From the IMG/VR virus record IMGVR_UViG_3300031720_000001: a stretch of 64,000 nucleotides of DNA. One strand, given 5' to 3'. A model generated the notes under the pieces. It did not search any database, had not been told where the DNA came from, and saw nothing but the letters and a program-made list of their open reading frames with translations. The position numbers and the translations under genes were made by a program. Shown one piece after another: positions 19,467 to 28,947 of the stretch (position 1 is its first letter; every line of letters starts with the position of its first letter). The DNA is from an uncultured virus (IMG/VR IMGVR_UViG_3300031720_000001) (taxonomy: Duplodnaviria; Heunggongvirae; Uroviricota; Caudoviricetes).

Positions 19467-20330
19467 CTAGAGGTGCGACGTCACCGCTACGTGGCCCGGA
19501 TCGGTGATGACCCAGTGGCCGCCGTCCGCGCGCGCGACCAGCCCCACGTTGCCGGAGTGGACATCGCCAAAAAAGATGTGCTGCTGGGTGTAGACCTCGA
19601 GCATGCCATCGGCCAGCCGGCGCAGTTGCGGGATCTTGGTCTGACGCGCCATCTTGTCGACCGACGACACCCAGAGCGAGAGCGCCGTGCGCGCCATATC
19701 GTGGACCCGTTCCATCTTCACGACCGCCAGTTGCTCGAACACGTCATTGACGTCCACCAGATCCACAAATCCGAACGTGGCGTTGGCACTGCCCTGCCAC
19801 GACTCCCGGTGCTTCTCGAGCCACGTCGACGTCACGTGCCCCCCCAGCGCTGCGTAGGCAAACTGCGCCGCGGCGTGCTGGGCATGCAGGTAGTCGACCG
19901 CGAGCCCGCCCAGCACCTTCTCCAGATCGCCGACGTGGGTCGCGCTCTCGCGCCAGAGCAGGTGAACCGCGCGCTTCTTGTGGCGGGCGGCGAGCGCGAC
20001 CACCTGGCGGTAGATAACGCAGATCGGCCGCACCAGCGTGGCCGCCAGATCGGCCGCGAACTCCGCCTCGGTCTCGTCGGTCGTGACCTTCATGACCACC
20101 TCTGGGTCATAGGTCGGGTACACGCAACCATAGTGGCCGCAGCCGTACTCGTGCACGCTGCCTGAGATTCGATCGGCCGAGGTCGCGCGGATGTCGTCCA
20201 GCCGGGGGCGCCACGCCGGCGGAACGGTGTCGTTCAGGACCTCCCACGACTCGGCCAGGATGTCGGTCACCCAGGCGGGGTTGGCCACCAGTCGCCCATG
20301 GCGGGCGCGCGCATGAGAGGGGCGTCCCAT
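19467..20330 (-). CDS. Protein-kinase-like protein
   Basis: YGCGHYGCVY Gly loop, VVMKVT, E, DVHSGN catalytic loop, ITDPG. Confidence 0.7.
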   Translation of the reverse strand: MGRPSHARARHGRLVANPAWVTDILAESWEVLNDTVPPAWRPRLDDIRATSADRISGSVHEYGCGHYGCVYPTYDPEVVMKVTTDETEAEFAADLAATLVRPICVIYRQVVALAARHKKRAVHLLWRESATHVGDLEKVLGGLAVDYLHAQHAAAQFAYAALGGHVTSTWLEKHRESWQGSANATFGFVDLVDVNDVFEQLAVVKMERVHDMARTALSLWVSSVDKMARQTKIPQLRRLADGMLEVYTQQHIFFGDVHSGNVGLVARADGGHWVITDPGHVAVTSHL

Positions 20331-20506
20331 GGTCAGTTGCCCTCGAGCAGGATGATCTGTTCCACGGCCTCGTTCCCACGCGGACCCTCGAGATGCGCGG
20401 ACAGCGCGATGATCAGATCGCGCCGAACCTGGCCTGCGATCACATCCCACTCGTCCGCAGCATCCTGTCTCTCCATGACCATGGCGAATGATATCCTAGC
20501 GTCAGT

Positions 20507-21358
20507 TTGGAGATCTCCGCAAAGAACCTGCAGGCGTTCCGCGCTTGGCTCACCCAGCGCGGCCGGTCGGACGACACCGCCGAACTCTACATCGGCAACC
20601 TCAGGTCCTGCGCCGCCCACCCCAAGGGACTCACCCACCGCCTGATCGCGGGCGAGCTCGCCCCCAACACCGTCCGCACCAACCTCGCCGCCCTCCGCGC
20701 CTGGGCCAAGTTCAGCGGCGACGTCGCCTTCGCCCAGCGCCTGGGCGACATCCGCCTACCCCCCGCACGCCGGGTCAAGACCAAGCTGCCGCTGGGCGCT
20801 GCGGACTGGAAAAAGGTCGTGCGCCACCTGCAGACCTGCCCCATGCGCCCCGAGGTCATGCGCCACGTGCTGCTGATCATGGCGATCCGGGGCTTCCGGT
20901 CGGGCGACGTCCTCCGCATGAAGCGGACCGAGATCGTGCGCGCGCTTGCCACTGGCAAGCTCACCTACGAGGGCAAGGGTCGCAAGCGGATCGAGTTCTC
21001 GGCCGAATTGCTCCGGGATCAGTTCCAGGCGCTGGCCCAGATCAAGGGCTGGGAGCGGGTGAGCGACCTGTTGGGAACGGGGACCAGTCGACGGGGGCTC
21101 TCGCGCAAGGTCTGGCGGGCGGCGATCCGCACGGCCAAGGGCTGCGGGATCCCTGAGATGAACCCGCACCGCTACCGGCACACGGTCGCCACCCAGTTCC
21201 TGGCCGAGCTCGCGGGCGACCCCAACGCAATCGTGAAGCTCCAGAAGTGGATGGCGTGGGAGAGCATGGGGACCGCGGCGCGCTACGTCGATCAGATCTC
21301 GGTCGACGAGCTCGACAAGGTCGGCGCCGGCCTGGTCGCGAACCTGCTCCGTAAGTAG
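20507..21358 (+). CDS. Tyrosine recombinase/integrase
   Basis: GFRSGD (Arg), GKG (Lys), HRYRH, W..Y catalytic residues; SAM-like N-terminal domain. Confidence 0.88.
   Translation: MEISAKNLQAFRAWLTQRGRSDDTAELYIGNLRSCAAHPKGLTHRLIAGELAPNTVRTNLAALRAWAKFSGDVAFAQRLGDIRLPPARRVKTKLPLGAADWKKVVRHLQTCPMRPEVMRHVLLIMAIRGFRSGDVLRMKRTEIVRALATGKLTYEGKGRKRIEFSAELLRDQFQALAQIKGWERVSDLLGTGTSRRGLSRKVWRAAIRTAKGCGIPEMNPHRYRHTVATQFLAELAGDPNAIVKLQKWMAWESMGTAARYVDQISVDELDKVGAGLVANLLRK
20945..20959. promoter_or_regulatory. Palindromic operator inside the integrase CDS
   Basis: CTTGCCACTGGCAAG written with rare CTT and ACT codons. Confidence 0.6.
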
Positions 21359-21440
21359 CCCCTCGCCGGTGACGTCCCGTGCTAGGCCCGCAACCCAGGC
21401 CCGACACCGCTCTTACCTGAGCTACTTCACCGACGAGGGG

Positions 21441-21523
21441 TAGCAGGGGGAGGGAATCGAACCCTCCTGTGCCTTTCGGCGCCGGGTTATGAGCCCGGCT
21501 CGCGCCCGGTGCGTGTCCCTGCA
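21441..21523 (-). tRNA. Atypical tRNA with CAU anticodon (initiator-like, long variable arm)
   Basis: GCAGGG/CCCTGC acceptor stem; CCGGG-CTCATAA-CCCGG anticodon arm; GCC-GAAA-GGC variable arm; GGAGGG-TTCGATT-CCCTCC T arm. Confidence 0.75.
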
Positions 21524-21649
21524 GATCACATCGTAGCAGGATCACGTGGCCACAGGAGGGGCATCGTTCGTACTTGCCGAACGGGTCCTCCCCCAGACGG
21601 GACAGCGGTGCGCCGCAGCGTGGGCGCGGGCGCTGGGTGTCGCGGGCGA

Positions 21650-21862
21650 TCACCGACAGAAACACCCGAGGTCCGTGATGCAGATGCAGCAGATCCCGTC
21701 GGTGCAGCAGGTCGATGTGTCGCCCGAGATCGTGCATACCGTCACGAAGTCTGTGGACCCTGTGAACTTCTCCAGGGCTTGCACGGCCTCCTCGGTCTCC
21801 GTGGTGAGACAGGCGGCGATCAGGGCAACGACGATCACGAAGGCGGGTCTCATCTGTGGCAT
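21650..21862 (-). CDS. Small Cys-rich lipoprotein-like peptide
   Basis: IAAC lipobox-like; CC..CC..C tail; AGGAG RBS. Confidence 0.5.
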   Translation of the reverse strand: MPQMRPAFVIVVALIAACLTTETEEAVQALEKFTGSTDFVTVCTISGDTSTCCTDGICCICITDLGCFCR

Positions 21863-21883
21863 CGGGGGGCTCCTGGTTCGTGT

Positions 21884-22621
21884 TTACGCCACGTCGCGGG
21901 TATCGAGGCCATCGAGGTGCACCCACACCAGCGCCTGCGGGGCAACGCTTGGCAGGTGCCCCAGGAGCGCCAGGAGCGCACTGCGGTCGGTGTCGATCTG
22001 CACGCCAAAGTTTTGCCGCACCGGGATGACGTAGGGGCGGTAGAGCGGCCGGACCGAAGCCACCGCGTCGAGCCACCCCTTGCGCTGGGTCTCGGATAGA
22101 TCCTCCCAGGTCTCCCACCCGTGCGGCGGGTTCCGGGGCTCGATCGGCCCGGGGAAGGGCCCGGTGCTCGCCGACCCCTGCGCGTCGCGGTACGCCTTGT
22201 ACATCGCCATCGCGATGCGCGTACGGCCCGCTCCCTCGATCTCGACCTGGTCGTGACCGCCGATGCCGCCATAGAAATCGCGCGGGCCCATGAGGTCGGA
22301 GAGCGGACGCATCATCACGGGGCGCGAGCCGACGACCAGCGTCACGGTGGTCGAGTGCTGCCACGCGTGCCACGCGGCGGCCAGCGCCGCGCTCTGGTGG
22401 AGCTCGGAGACGTTGGAGCGCGCGTACCAGTTCAGAACGACCAACGACGTGTCGCTGGCGACCTGGCCGGCGACCTGGAGGTTGGTGAGGCGGTAGTTGC
22501 CGATGTTGCGGTTGCCGAACAGCTTGATCCAGCACTCATTCCTCTCCGCCATGTCACGCGGCGAAAACGCGTCCCAATAGTTGGCGTTCATCCTCTCCCT
22601 GTAACCGTGAAGGCGTGGCAT
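21884..22621 (-). CDS. Paralog of capsid candidate 53434-54009
   Basis: Identical MPRLHGYRER start; KLFGN.NIGN..LTNLQVAGQ.ASD; PVRQNF; LDGL.TRDV. Confidence 0.8.
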   Translation of the reverse strand: MPRLHGYRERMNANYWDAFSPRDMAERNECWIKLFGNRNIGNYRLTNLQVAGQVASDTSLVVLNWYARSNVSELHQSAALAAAWHAWQHSTTVTLVVGSRPVMMRPLSDLMGPRDFYGGIGGHDQVEIEGAGRTRIAMAMYKAYRDAQGSASTGPFPGPIEPRNPPHGWETWEDLSETQRKGWLDAVASVRPLYRPYVIPVRQNFGVQIDTDRSALLALLGHLPSVAPQALVWVHLDGLDTRDVA

Positions 22622-22710
22622 GGGGCGCTACCGGTGGGGTCTAGCCTACACCATGCCCTCCCCGGGTAGAGGTGGATCATTGGCCCCGTCCTTTGTAGTC
22701 TTGCCTGCAT

Positions 22711-23028
22711 ATGGCAATGTCTCCGGAAGCAGTCCCTGTGCCCCCGATCTCCCATCCGCCGCCGATGTCCCGCCCGCCGTTCGTGGATGTCGACCGGCTC
22801 CGCAACGCCTACGGCATGGTGGCGGTGATCTCGCAGCGGCTCACCAACGGGATGCTGACGTTCGCGATCTTCCGGGAGTTCGAGCGCGACGGCGGGAGCG
22901 CCCGGACCAACTTCATCCCCGAGGACCTGGCCGATGTCTACCTGGACTTCGCCAAGGTCGTGGTCAACCGGATGCGCGAGCTCCGGGCGGCCGGGGATCT
23001 GCCGATCGCGGTCGCGGCCCGGACCTGA
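22711..23028 (+). CDS. Hypothetical protein
   Basis: ORF directly upstream of the endolysin. Confidence 0.5.
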   Translation: MAMSPEAVPVPPISHPPPMSRPPFVDVDRLRNAYGMVAVISQRLTNGMLTFAIFREFERDGGSARTNFIPEDLADVYLDFAKVVVNRMRELRAAGDLPIAVAART

Positions 23029-23031
23029 GCC

Positions 23032-23919
23032 ATGCTGGTCGGCATCGACTACGCCAAGGTGGACAACAACGCGGTCCCCGACTTCGCCAAGTTCCAGGCG
23101 GCGTGCGCGGCGGCCGGATCCCGCGCGGGGGTGGCGATCTTCCGCGCCGCGTGGGGCACCCAGCCCGACGACACCCTGGGGCGCGACTGGAACCGCGCGC
23201 TGGCCGCCGGGCTCACCTGCGGTGGCTACCTGTTCCTGCGCATGCCCCACCCAGGCTTCACCGGCACGGCCGAAGATCAGGTCCACGTGTTCGCGGACAC
23301 TGTGGGGCCGCTGACCGGCCAGCACCTGGTGCCGACGATCGACATCGAGGACACCGGGCTCCCCGCAGCGCAGGAGCTCGAGTGGGTACACCGGGCGTGG
23401 GCCGAGATGCGGTCGATCTACGGCGTGCCGCCCATGATCTACACCTCCGATCGGGTGTGGCGAGAGGACTTGCACGACCTCCCCGCCGGCGAGTTGGTCG
23501 ACTCGCCGCTCTGGGTGGCCAAGCCGTGGCCGTGGGCCGTGCGATCGGCGCCCCACCTGACCAGCGAGGCGTTCGCCCCCGGCAAGAACGATCCGATCGT
23601 CCCCAAGCCGTGGGGCCCGGGCAACTGGTGGATGCACCAGTACCAGGGCGATGCCCATCCGGTGCCGGGCTTCACCAGCACGGTGGATCTATCCCGGTTC
23701 CATCTCATGCAGACCGGCGAGACCGGTGCCCGGGTCGCGTGGGTGCAGCGCCGGCTGGGCATGCGGCCAACCGGCGCGCCGGCCTACCCCGTGTTCGATG
23801 GCGAGATGCTGGCCAATGTCCGGGCGTTCCAGGCCCAGCACGGCCTCGTCGTCGATGGCGTGATCGGCCCGCGGACGTTTGCGGGCCTGTCGTGGTCGCC
23901 GCCCGTCCTGGCGGCATGA
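23032..23919 (+). CDS. GH25 muramidase with C-terminal peptidoglycan-binding domain (endolysin)
   Basis: GIDY, GGYLF, IDIED, PMIYTS, LWVA, HQY; VQRRLG..VRAFQAQHGLVVDGVIGPRT. Confidence 0.85.
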   Translation: MLVGIDYAKVDNNAVPDFAKFQAACAAAGSRAGVAIFRAAWGTQPDDTLGRDWNRALAAGLTCGGYLFLRMPHPGFTGTAEDQVHVFADTVGPLTGQHLVPTIDIEDTGLPAAQELEWVHRAWAEMRSIYGVPPMIYTSDRVWREDLHDLPAGELVDSPLWVAKPWPWAVRSAPHLTSEAFAPGKNDPIVPKPWGPGNWWMHQYQGDAHPVPGFTSTVDLSRFHLMQTGETGARVAWVQRRLGMRPTGAPAYPVFDGEMLANVRAFQAQHGLVVDGVIGPRTFAGLSWSPPVLAA

Positions 23920-24533
23920 CGTGCATCGCCCCGCGCCGCGGCCTGCGCTGCGATCGGCCGGCCGCGCCCGGGAGCCTGTTCTGCCGGACCCACGAGAAGG
24001 CGCCCGCCGCGCGCCGCGGCGGCTGGCTCTCGGCCGAACTCCGGCGCCGTAAGATGGCTGCCAGCCCGACCGAGGCGCTGGACGCCTCGAACATCACTCC
24101 GCCCAAGCCGGGCAGCAACATCGCCGGGCCCCGCCGTAGCCTGTGGGTCGGCGGCCGGCCGCCGTTCGATCGCGACCTCCCGGACTTCGACGTGCTGGTC
24201 CTGTGCGCCCGCGAGCTCCAGCCCGAGCAGGTCGCGTTCCATGGCTACGTGATCCGGTGCCCCATCCCGGACGACGTCCTGAGCTCGCCCGAGATCCGGA
24301 TGGTCATGGGGACCGCCCGCCTCGTGGCCGACTCGCTCATCGCCCGCCGCCACATCCTGGTCACCTGCTCGGCTGGCCGGAATCGATCTGCGCTGGTCGC
24401 CAGCTTGGCGCTGGCCCACGTCACCCGGCTATCCGCCGACGCCTTGATCCGGATCATGCGCGCCCGCCGCCACCCCGACTGCCTCTACAACCCCCACTTC
24501 CGGGAACTGCTGCAGAGGTTCGTGCGGCGCTGA
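23916..24533 (+). CDS. Dual-specificity/PTP-like phosphatase
   Basis: PIPDD acid loop; ILVTCSAGRNRS CX5R motif. Confidence 0.8.
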   Translation: MTCIAPRRGLRCDRPAAPGSLFCRTHEKAPAARRGGWLSAELRRRKMAASPTEALDASNITPPKPGSNIAGPRRSLWVGGRPPFDRDLPDFDVLVLCARELQPEQVAFHGYVIRCPIPDDVLSSPEIRMVMGTARLVADSLIARRHILVTCSAGRNRSALVASLALAHVTRLSADALIRIMRARRHPDCLYNPHFRELLQRFVRR

Positions 24534-24747
24534 GGTGCACGTCATTTCGGCACCCCCGGGCAGTGCTTCGATCGGCTGTTATGGCCCGCCGCGCCGCACG
24601 ATGTGCAGTGACACGGGCGCCGCTCGGCCCTCGGAGGCCGCACGGCCGCGCCATGGATCGCCACCGGGCGGGGTTCGTCTTCGGGGAGCCCCTCCCAGAG
24701 CCCGATCGTCGCGCTCATGTGCGGAACGGGGATCCCACGCTGCAACG

Positions 24748-25128
24748 TCAGCGGGGGTCGTACCACCGACACACCCCTCCACGAGGCACGGCCCCGCCGG
24801 TGTCGGCGACGCGACCGATCGCGCCCAGGTGATCGCCGTCGGTCCAGTGGTACACCCACACGCTCCAGGCCATCCGGCCGCCAGGCACGGCGACCGACGA
24901 TCCCATGAACGGGTCGAAGTCCGGGGCGACCACGATCCGCACACCCAGCGGCGCCGGCACGATCGACGGCACCACGAGCTCGGCGTCCGCGGGCAACATG
25001 TCCGCCTCGAAGTCCGTGCACGCGGCCTGGCGCAGGAACGCCTCGGGCCCGGGCAGGTTGTCACCGCACCCGGTCAGCGCCAGCACTGCACAGCCAACCC
25101 AACAGATGATCACGTTCACTCGAAGCAT
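24748..25128 (-). CDS. Lipoprotein
   Basis: LALTGC-GDN lipobox; AGGAG RBS. Confidence 0.55.
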   Translation of the reverse strand: MLRVNVIICWVGCAVLALTGCGDNLPGPEAFLRQAACTDFEADMLPADAELVVPSIVPAPLGVRIVVAPDFDPFMGSSVAVPGGRMAWSVWVYHWTDGDHLGAIGRVADTGGAVPRGGVCRWYDPR

Positions 25129-25149
25129 CTCGAATCTCCTTTGCCGACC

Positions 25150-25509
25150 TCAGAACCCGATGATGGCGTTGTACTGGGCCAGGAGCTGCGCCGCCTGACC
25201 CGTCGTGATCCCATTGCCAATCAACGAGAACGCCATCCAGCACAATCGATATAAGATTTGCGCGGCGTCCGTCAACCGGTCAATCGGGACATTCGTCGCC
25301 GGGAGTGTGACGCCCAGCGCGAAGAACACGGTAAGCCAGTTGCCAACGGGCGCCCCGCCCGGGAGCGACGCGGGAAAGAACGGTAGGCTGTTCTGACAGA
25401 ACAGGGCGATGCGCCCGGAGGTGCCGCCGAGCTGGTTGGCCAGCCACAGAACGTGCAGGTTGTCGAACGCCTGCCCGGCCGCCTGATCCAGCGTGGTCGC
25501 GGTCGCCAT
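25150..25509 (-). CDS. Helical protein, paralog of 28568-28936
   Basis: MATATTL..AAGQ.F.NL..YR.CW..LLA.YN..F. Confidence 0.75.
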   Translation of the reverse strand: MATATTLDQAAGQAFDNLHVLWLANQLGGTSGRIALFCQNSLPFFPASLPGGAPVGNWLTVFFALGVTLPATNVPIDRLTDAAQILYRLCWMAFSLIGNGITTGQAAQLLAQYNAIIGF

Positions 25510-26306
25510 CAGATCTCCAGGTCGTCCGACAGCAGCACCCGGAGCGGCGCCGGGCCCGCCGACGTCAAGGACAGGACCAGCGCGTCAAACATCCCATCGG
25601 TGGAGGCCCTGATGACCCGCGTGATCTGGTTACCCGCGGCCACCGCCGTCGGGGTCAGGATCGTCGTCTCCTGGTGGTAGGGGTTGGCGCTGTCGTCCTG
25701 GGTGATCGCGTAGTTGAGGCCCACGATCCCGAACGTGTTGGCGCCGATCGCCTCGCGGTTGGTGAGCTCGACGTAGGCGTACTTGCGCCCGTAGTACGGC
25801 AAGACCAGGAAGAACCGCTGCAATACCACCGGGTAGTTCTGGAACACGTACTCCCGATCGTCACGCCCGGGCGTCACCGACCCCAGGGGCTTGAAGTACT
25901 CGATCACGTCGAGCCGGGGCGCCACGAAGTTGATGGCGTCGGAGGCCGCGTTGAACTTCGCCGGCTTAGAGATCGGCCGGTAGTTCGGGTCATAGATGTC
26001 GGCCGCCCAGATCAGGATCTTGGCGGTCCGGTTGGCCGGGGTGTACACGCTGTCGTTGCGGGCGTCGATCCGCCCCACGAACGCCCGGTTGGGCGACACC
26101 GAGGTGTGCTGCATGAAGGTCGCCACCTGGTCATCGAAGTAGGCGACGTTGACGTTGGCCAGATCGCTCTCGGGCCCGATCGCGATCCCGTGCCCCGACT
26201 GCGCCGACTCGTAGATGTCCCCCGGCGAGGTCAGGAGCGTGTTCAGCCGGAAGAACTGGTAGCCCCGGACGGCGTACTCGTCCGCGTTGGGTTGGGGGTA
26301 GCTCAC
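25509..26306 (-). CDS. Beta-rich protein, paralog of 28948-29721 (possible minor capsid/vertex protein)
   Basis: FFRLNTLLTSPGDIYES.QSGHG identical block; LVLPY.GRKYA; GMFDAL. Confidence 0.75.
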   Translation of the reverse strand: MSYPQPNADEYAVRGYQFFRLNTLLTSPGDIYESAQSGHGIAIGPESDLANVNVAYFDDQVATFMQHTSVSPNRAFVGRIDARNDSVYTPANRTAKILIWAADIYDPNYRPISKPAKFNAASDAINFVAPRLDVIEYFKPLGSVTPGRDDREYVFQNYPVVLQRFFLVLPYYGRKYAYVELTNREAIGANTFGIVGLNYAITQDDSANPYHQETTILTPTAVAAGNQITRVIRASTDGMFDALVLSLTSAGPAPLRVLLSDDLEI

Positions 26307-26339
26307 CTAGGGGACCATCCTTCCACGGGGAGCCAAAGA

Positions 26340-26354
26340 CTTGCCAGTGGCAAG
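26340..26354. promoter_or_regulatory. Palindromic operator
   Basis: Perfect intergenic copy. Confidence 0.7.
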
Positions 26355-26358
26355 ACGG

Positions 26359-26865
26359 CTAGATCTTGGAGCGTAGTGCGGCAGTGGCGCCTCCCAGTGC
26401 CCGGACGACCCCGCCGACCAGGCCGGCGATGACCTCAAGCCAGGGGATGGGCTCGATGACCCGCTTGACCCGGTTGATGCCAGCGGCGGCGATGTAGAGC
26501 CGCGTGCCCTTGGCGATGAAGAACTCGGTGGGCACGTCGGTCTCGAGCAGTTGGCCCTTGCCCGAGAGCACGGGCGTGATCGACGACAGGTTCCCGACCG
26601 CGACCGGACCGGCGGTCTCGAGCGTCAAAGTGACCTTGGCCCACACCATGTCGCCGTTGTAGATGATGTCGGTCGGCTCGCCGGACACCGGCACCTTGGT
26701 GAAGTAGGTGTCGACGAAGGTCCGGTGCTCGGCGGCGCCGGTGGTGTCGGCGGGTTCCGGGGACTGGGCGCGGGTGCGATCCAGCGAGATTGGGCCGATC
26801 TTGCTGCCGGGCCCGGGGCTGGCGGGGTTGCGCCGCCCGGTGAACATAGGTGGGAGCTTGCTCAC
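26359..26865 (-). CDS. RRNP-containing beta protein with C-terminal hydrophobic segment
   Basis: GTGA coupling; GRRNP; WLEVIAGLVGGVV. Confidence 0.6.
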   Translation of the reverse strand: MSKLPPMFTGRRNPASPGPGSKIGPISLDRTRAQSPEPADTTGAAEHRTFVDTYFTKVPVSGEPTDIIYNGDMVWAKVTLTLETAGPVAVGNLSSITPVLSGKGQLLETDVPTEFFIAKGTRLYIAAAGINRVKRVIEPIPWLEVIAGLVGGVVRALGGATAALRSKI

Positions 26866-27593
26866 GTGCGCCTCGCGATCAGGTAGAGCAGCAGTGCAAG
26901 CCCACCGCCGATGAGCAGCACTGTAACCGGGATCGGCGAGGAAAAATAGGGCTCTGCGTCTGGCGGCAGGGTGTACGGCCCCACCGGCGGATCCGGGATG
27001 CGCATGGGCGGCCCCGGGTAGCCGCCGGTGAGCGCCTGGCCGATGGCCCACTGCCGATCGATGTCGATCACGCGCTTGGCGACGGTCGCGGCGCTCTGGC
27101 TGCCGAGCGGGACGCCGCCCGAGGCCAGCACGTAGCGCACGATGGAGTTATAGACCCCACCGTCATCGAGCCCGACGGTGGAGGCGGCCAGGTTCGCGAG
27201 CTGGTGCGATCCGCCGCGCCCGACCGCGAACGCCAGCCGGGCGAGCTTCCAGCTATCCGCGGTCCCCAGGTGGACCTGCGGGAACGCCAGCGACCAGTAG
27301 ATGGCCTCGAGCGCGTACTCGAGCGAGCCGATCGCGATGTTGCTCTCGGGGTCGGCGCGGGCCGAGGGGTCGTACCCGAACAGCGGCGGGACGTAGGCGG
27401 CGACCTGCAGGTAGCCGATCTCGCCCAGCGACGCGTCCCCCGGCGCGGCGAAGTTGCCGCCCGATTCGTGCAGGATGAACGAGGCCAGGACGCCCGCGGG
27501 CAGGCCCCCGCGGTAGCGGTCGATCCACGGGCCCAACTGGTCGTAGATCAGGCCCGCGCGGGCGACATCGCCGTCGAACTGGGCATCCGCCAC
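26862..27593 (-). CDS. Lytic transglycosylase (SLT-like) with C-terminal membrane anchor
   Basis: ILHESGGN..GYLQV..DPESNIAIG; LLIGGGLALLLYLIARR. Confidence 0.7.
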   Translation of the reverse strand: MADAQFDGDVARAGLIYDQLGPWIDRYRGGLPAGVLASFILHESGGNFAAPGDASLGEIGYLQVAAYVPPLFGYDPSARADPESNIAIGSLEYALEAIYWSLAFPQVHLGTADSWKLARLAFAVGRGGSHQLANLAASTVGLDDGGVYNSIVRYVLASGGVPLGSQSAATVAKRVIDIDRQWAIGQALTGGYPGPPMRIPDPPVGPYTLPPDAEPYFSSPIPVTVLLIGGGLALLLYLIARRT

Positions 27594-27626
27594 AGGGAGG
27601 AGGGTAGCGCACCCCTGTCGCCGGTG

Positions 27627-27887
27627 TCACGCATCGACCGTGTCGGCGGTCTGGCACGGCAGGTTGCCGAGCCGAGCGTGGGCGGGACACAGGTCCTGGC
27701 CGGAGGCCTTGGCGGCGCACCCAGCGCACAGCTTGCGGTCGCAGGTCTTGCCCGTCTTGGCGCCACGGAGAGCGAAGTCGCAGAGCAGGGTGTGTTCGCG
27801 GACCTTGCACACCTCGCAGCGAGCGCGCGGTCGCCGGGTGCACACGACCGCGAAGCCGCCGGGCAGTGGGATCCGCTGGCAGGTCAT
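27627..27887 (-). CDS. Cys-rich zinc-finger phage protein
   Basis: CEVC..LCDF..TCDRKLCAGC..DLCPAH. Confidence 0.6.
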   Translation of the reverse strand: MTCQRIPLPGGFAVVCTRRPRARCEVCKVREHTLLCDFALRGAKTGKTCDRKLCAGCAAKASGQDLCPAHARLGNLPCQTADTVDA

Positions 27888-28534
27888 CAGTAGACCGTGC
27901 GGATGACCGGGCCTTCGAGGTGCATCACGACCGTCAGGTGATCGACGAGCCTGGGGCAGTCGATCCGGACCTCGAAGTTCTGGCGCTCGAGGACGGTCTG
28001 TCCGATGGGGATCCCAAGGACGGCCTCTCGCAGGTGGCACGTCACGATCGGACGGTTGCCGATCACGAGCCGGGCGACCACGTGGTCATGGATCGACAGA
28101 TCGCGCGACACCTCCGCGTAGAGTTGCTGGATGTCGAAGGTCAAGGCGCCTTCGCACTGGCCGGGGACCCTGAGGTTGGATCGGTGGACGGCGCCGATGT
28201 TGCGGATCCCGAACAGGTCGTGGAAATGGTGGCCGCAGCGCTCGGGCTCGAGGTCGACTGTGTCGTACAGGTTCTCCCACCGCGAGTCGAGCCACTGGGG
28301 CACGAGTTCGACGTTGCGGCGCCTGCCGCGCCAGAGCGCCTTGTCGCCCGGTGAGGTCTCCGACCACCGGACCTCGCCCGCGAACAGCGCGCGGACGCGC
28401 GGGATTGCCAGCGCGTAGATATCGCCATCGGTGAGGTTGGTGGGGACCTTTGGATCGGCCGCGCACTCGGCCGCGTACCAGAGCCGCGCCGCACGCTGAA
28501 GCACCATGCCTACCGGACCGTCGTGGATCGCCAT
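27887..28534 (-). CDS. Distant paralog of capsid candidate 53434-54009
   Basis: LYDT..LFG.RNIG..SNL.V.GQ..RQNF.V..HLEG...R.V. Confidence 0.6.
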   Translation of the reverse strand: MAIHDGPVGMVLQRAARLWYAAECAADPKVPTNLTDGDIYALAIPRVRALFAGEVRWSETSPGDKALWRGRRRNVELVPQWLDSRWENLYDTVDLEPERCGHHFHDLFGIRNIGAVHRSNLRVPGQCEGALTFDIQQLYAEVSRDLSIHDHVVARLVIGNRPIVTCHLREAVLGIPIGQTVLERQNFEVRIDCPRLVDHLTVVMHLEGPVIRTVY

Positions 28535-28567
28535 GCCAGAATCGTATCACGCGGCGCTGACGTCGAC

Positions 28568-28936
28568 TCAGAAGTTCAGGTTGTAGGCGGCCAGGAGCGC
28601 GGTCTGCTGGGCGGTCGAGATGTTGGGCGACGTCGTGCTGGGCTTGGCGCCCAGCCAGCAGATCCGGTACACGTAGTCGGCGACGGTGACGAGCTGCTCG
28701 TAGGGGATCTGTGCCGGGGCGACCACCGTGGGCATCTGCGTACCCGCCGAGCCGATCAGGATGAGCCACGCGGCGATCGGGCGCCCGACCGGGTCCCCAT
28801 CGGGGAACACGGGGAGGAGCGAGCTCGCGAACAGGCCGACCTTGGTCCGGAGGGCGGTGCCGCCTAGTTGCCAGATCGCGAACAGGTTCACGAACGACTG
28901 TCCAGCGGCGTGGCGGAGTGTGGTAGCGGTGGCCAT
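28568..28936 (-). CDS. Paralog of 25150-25509
   Basis: Sequence similarity; GAGGAG RBS. Confidence 0.75.
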   Translation of the reverse strand: MATATTLRHAAGQSFVNLFAIWQLGGTALRTKVGLFASSLLPVFPDGDPVGRPIAAWLILIGSAGTQMPTVVAPAQIPYEQLVTVADYVYRICWLGAKPSTTSPNISTAQQTALLAAYNLNF

Positions 28937-28947
28937 GGACACGCTCC

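Noticed and set aside
20507..21523. Prophage boundary (attL/attR) at the integrase-tRNA junction
   Set aside because: Virus-like genes and the same palindrome occur on both sides, and I saw no second att copy; at most this is an attP
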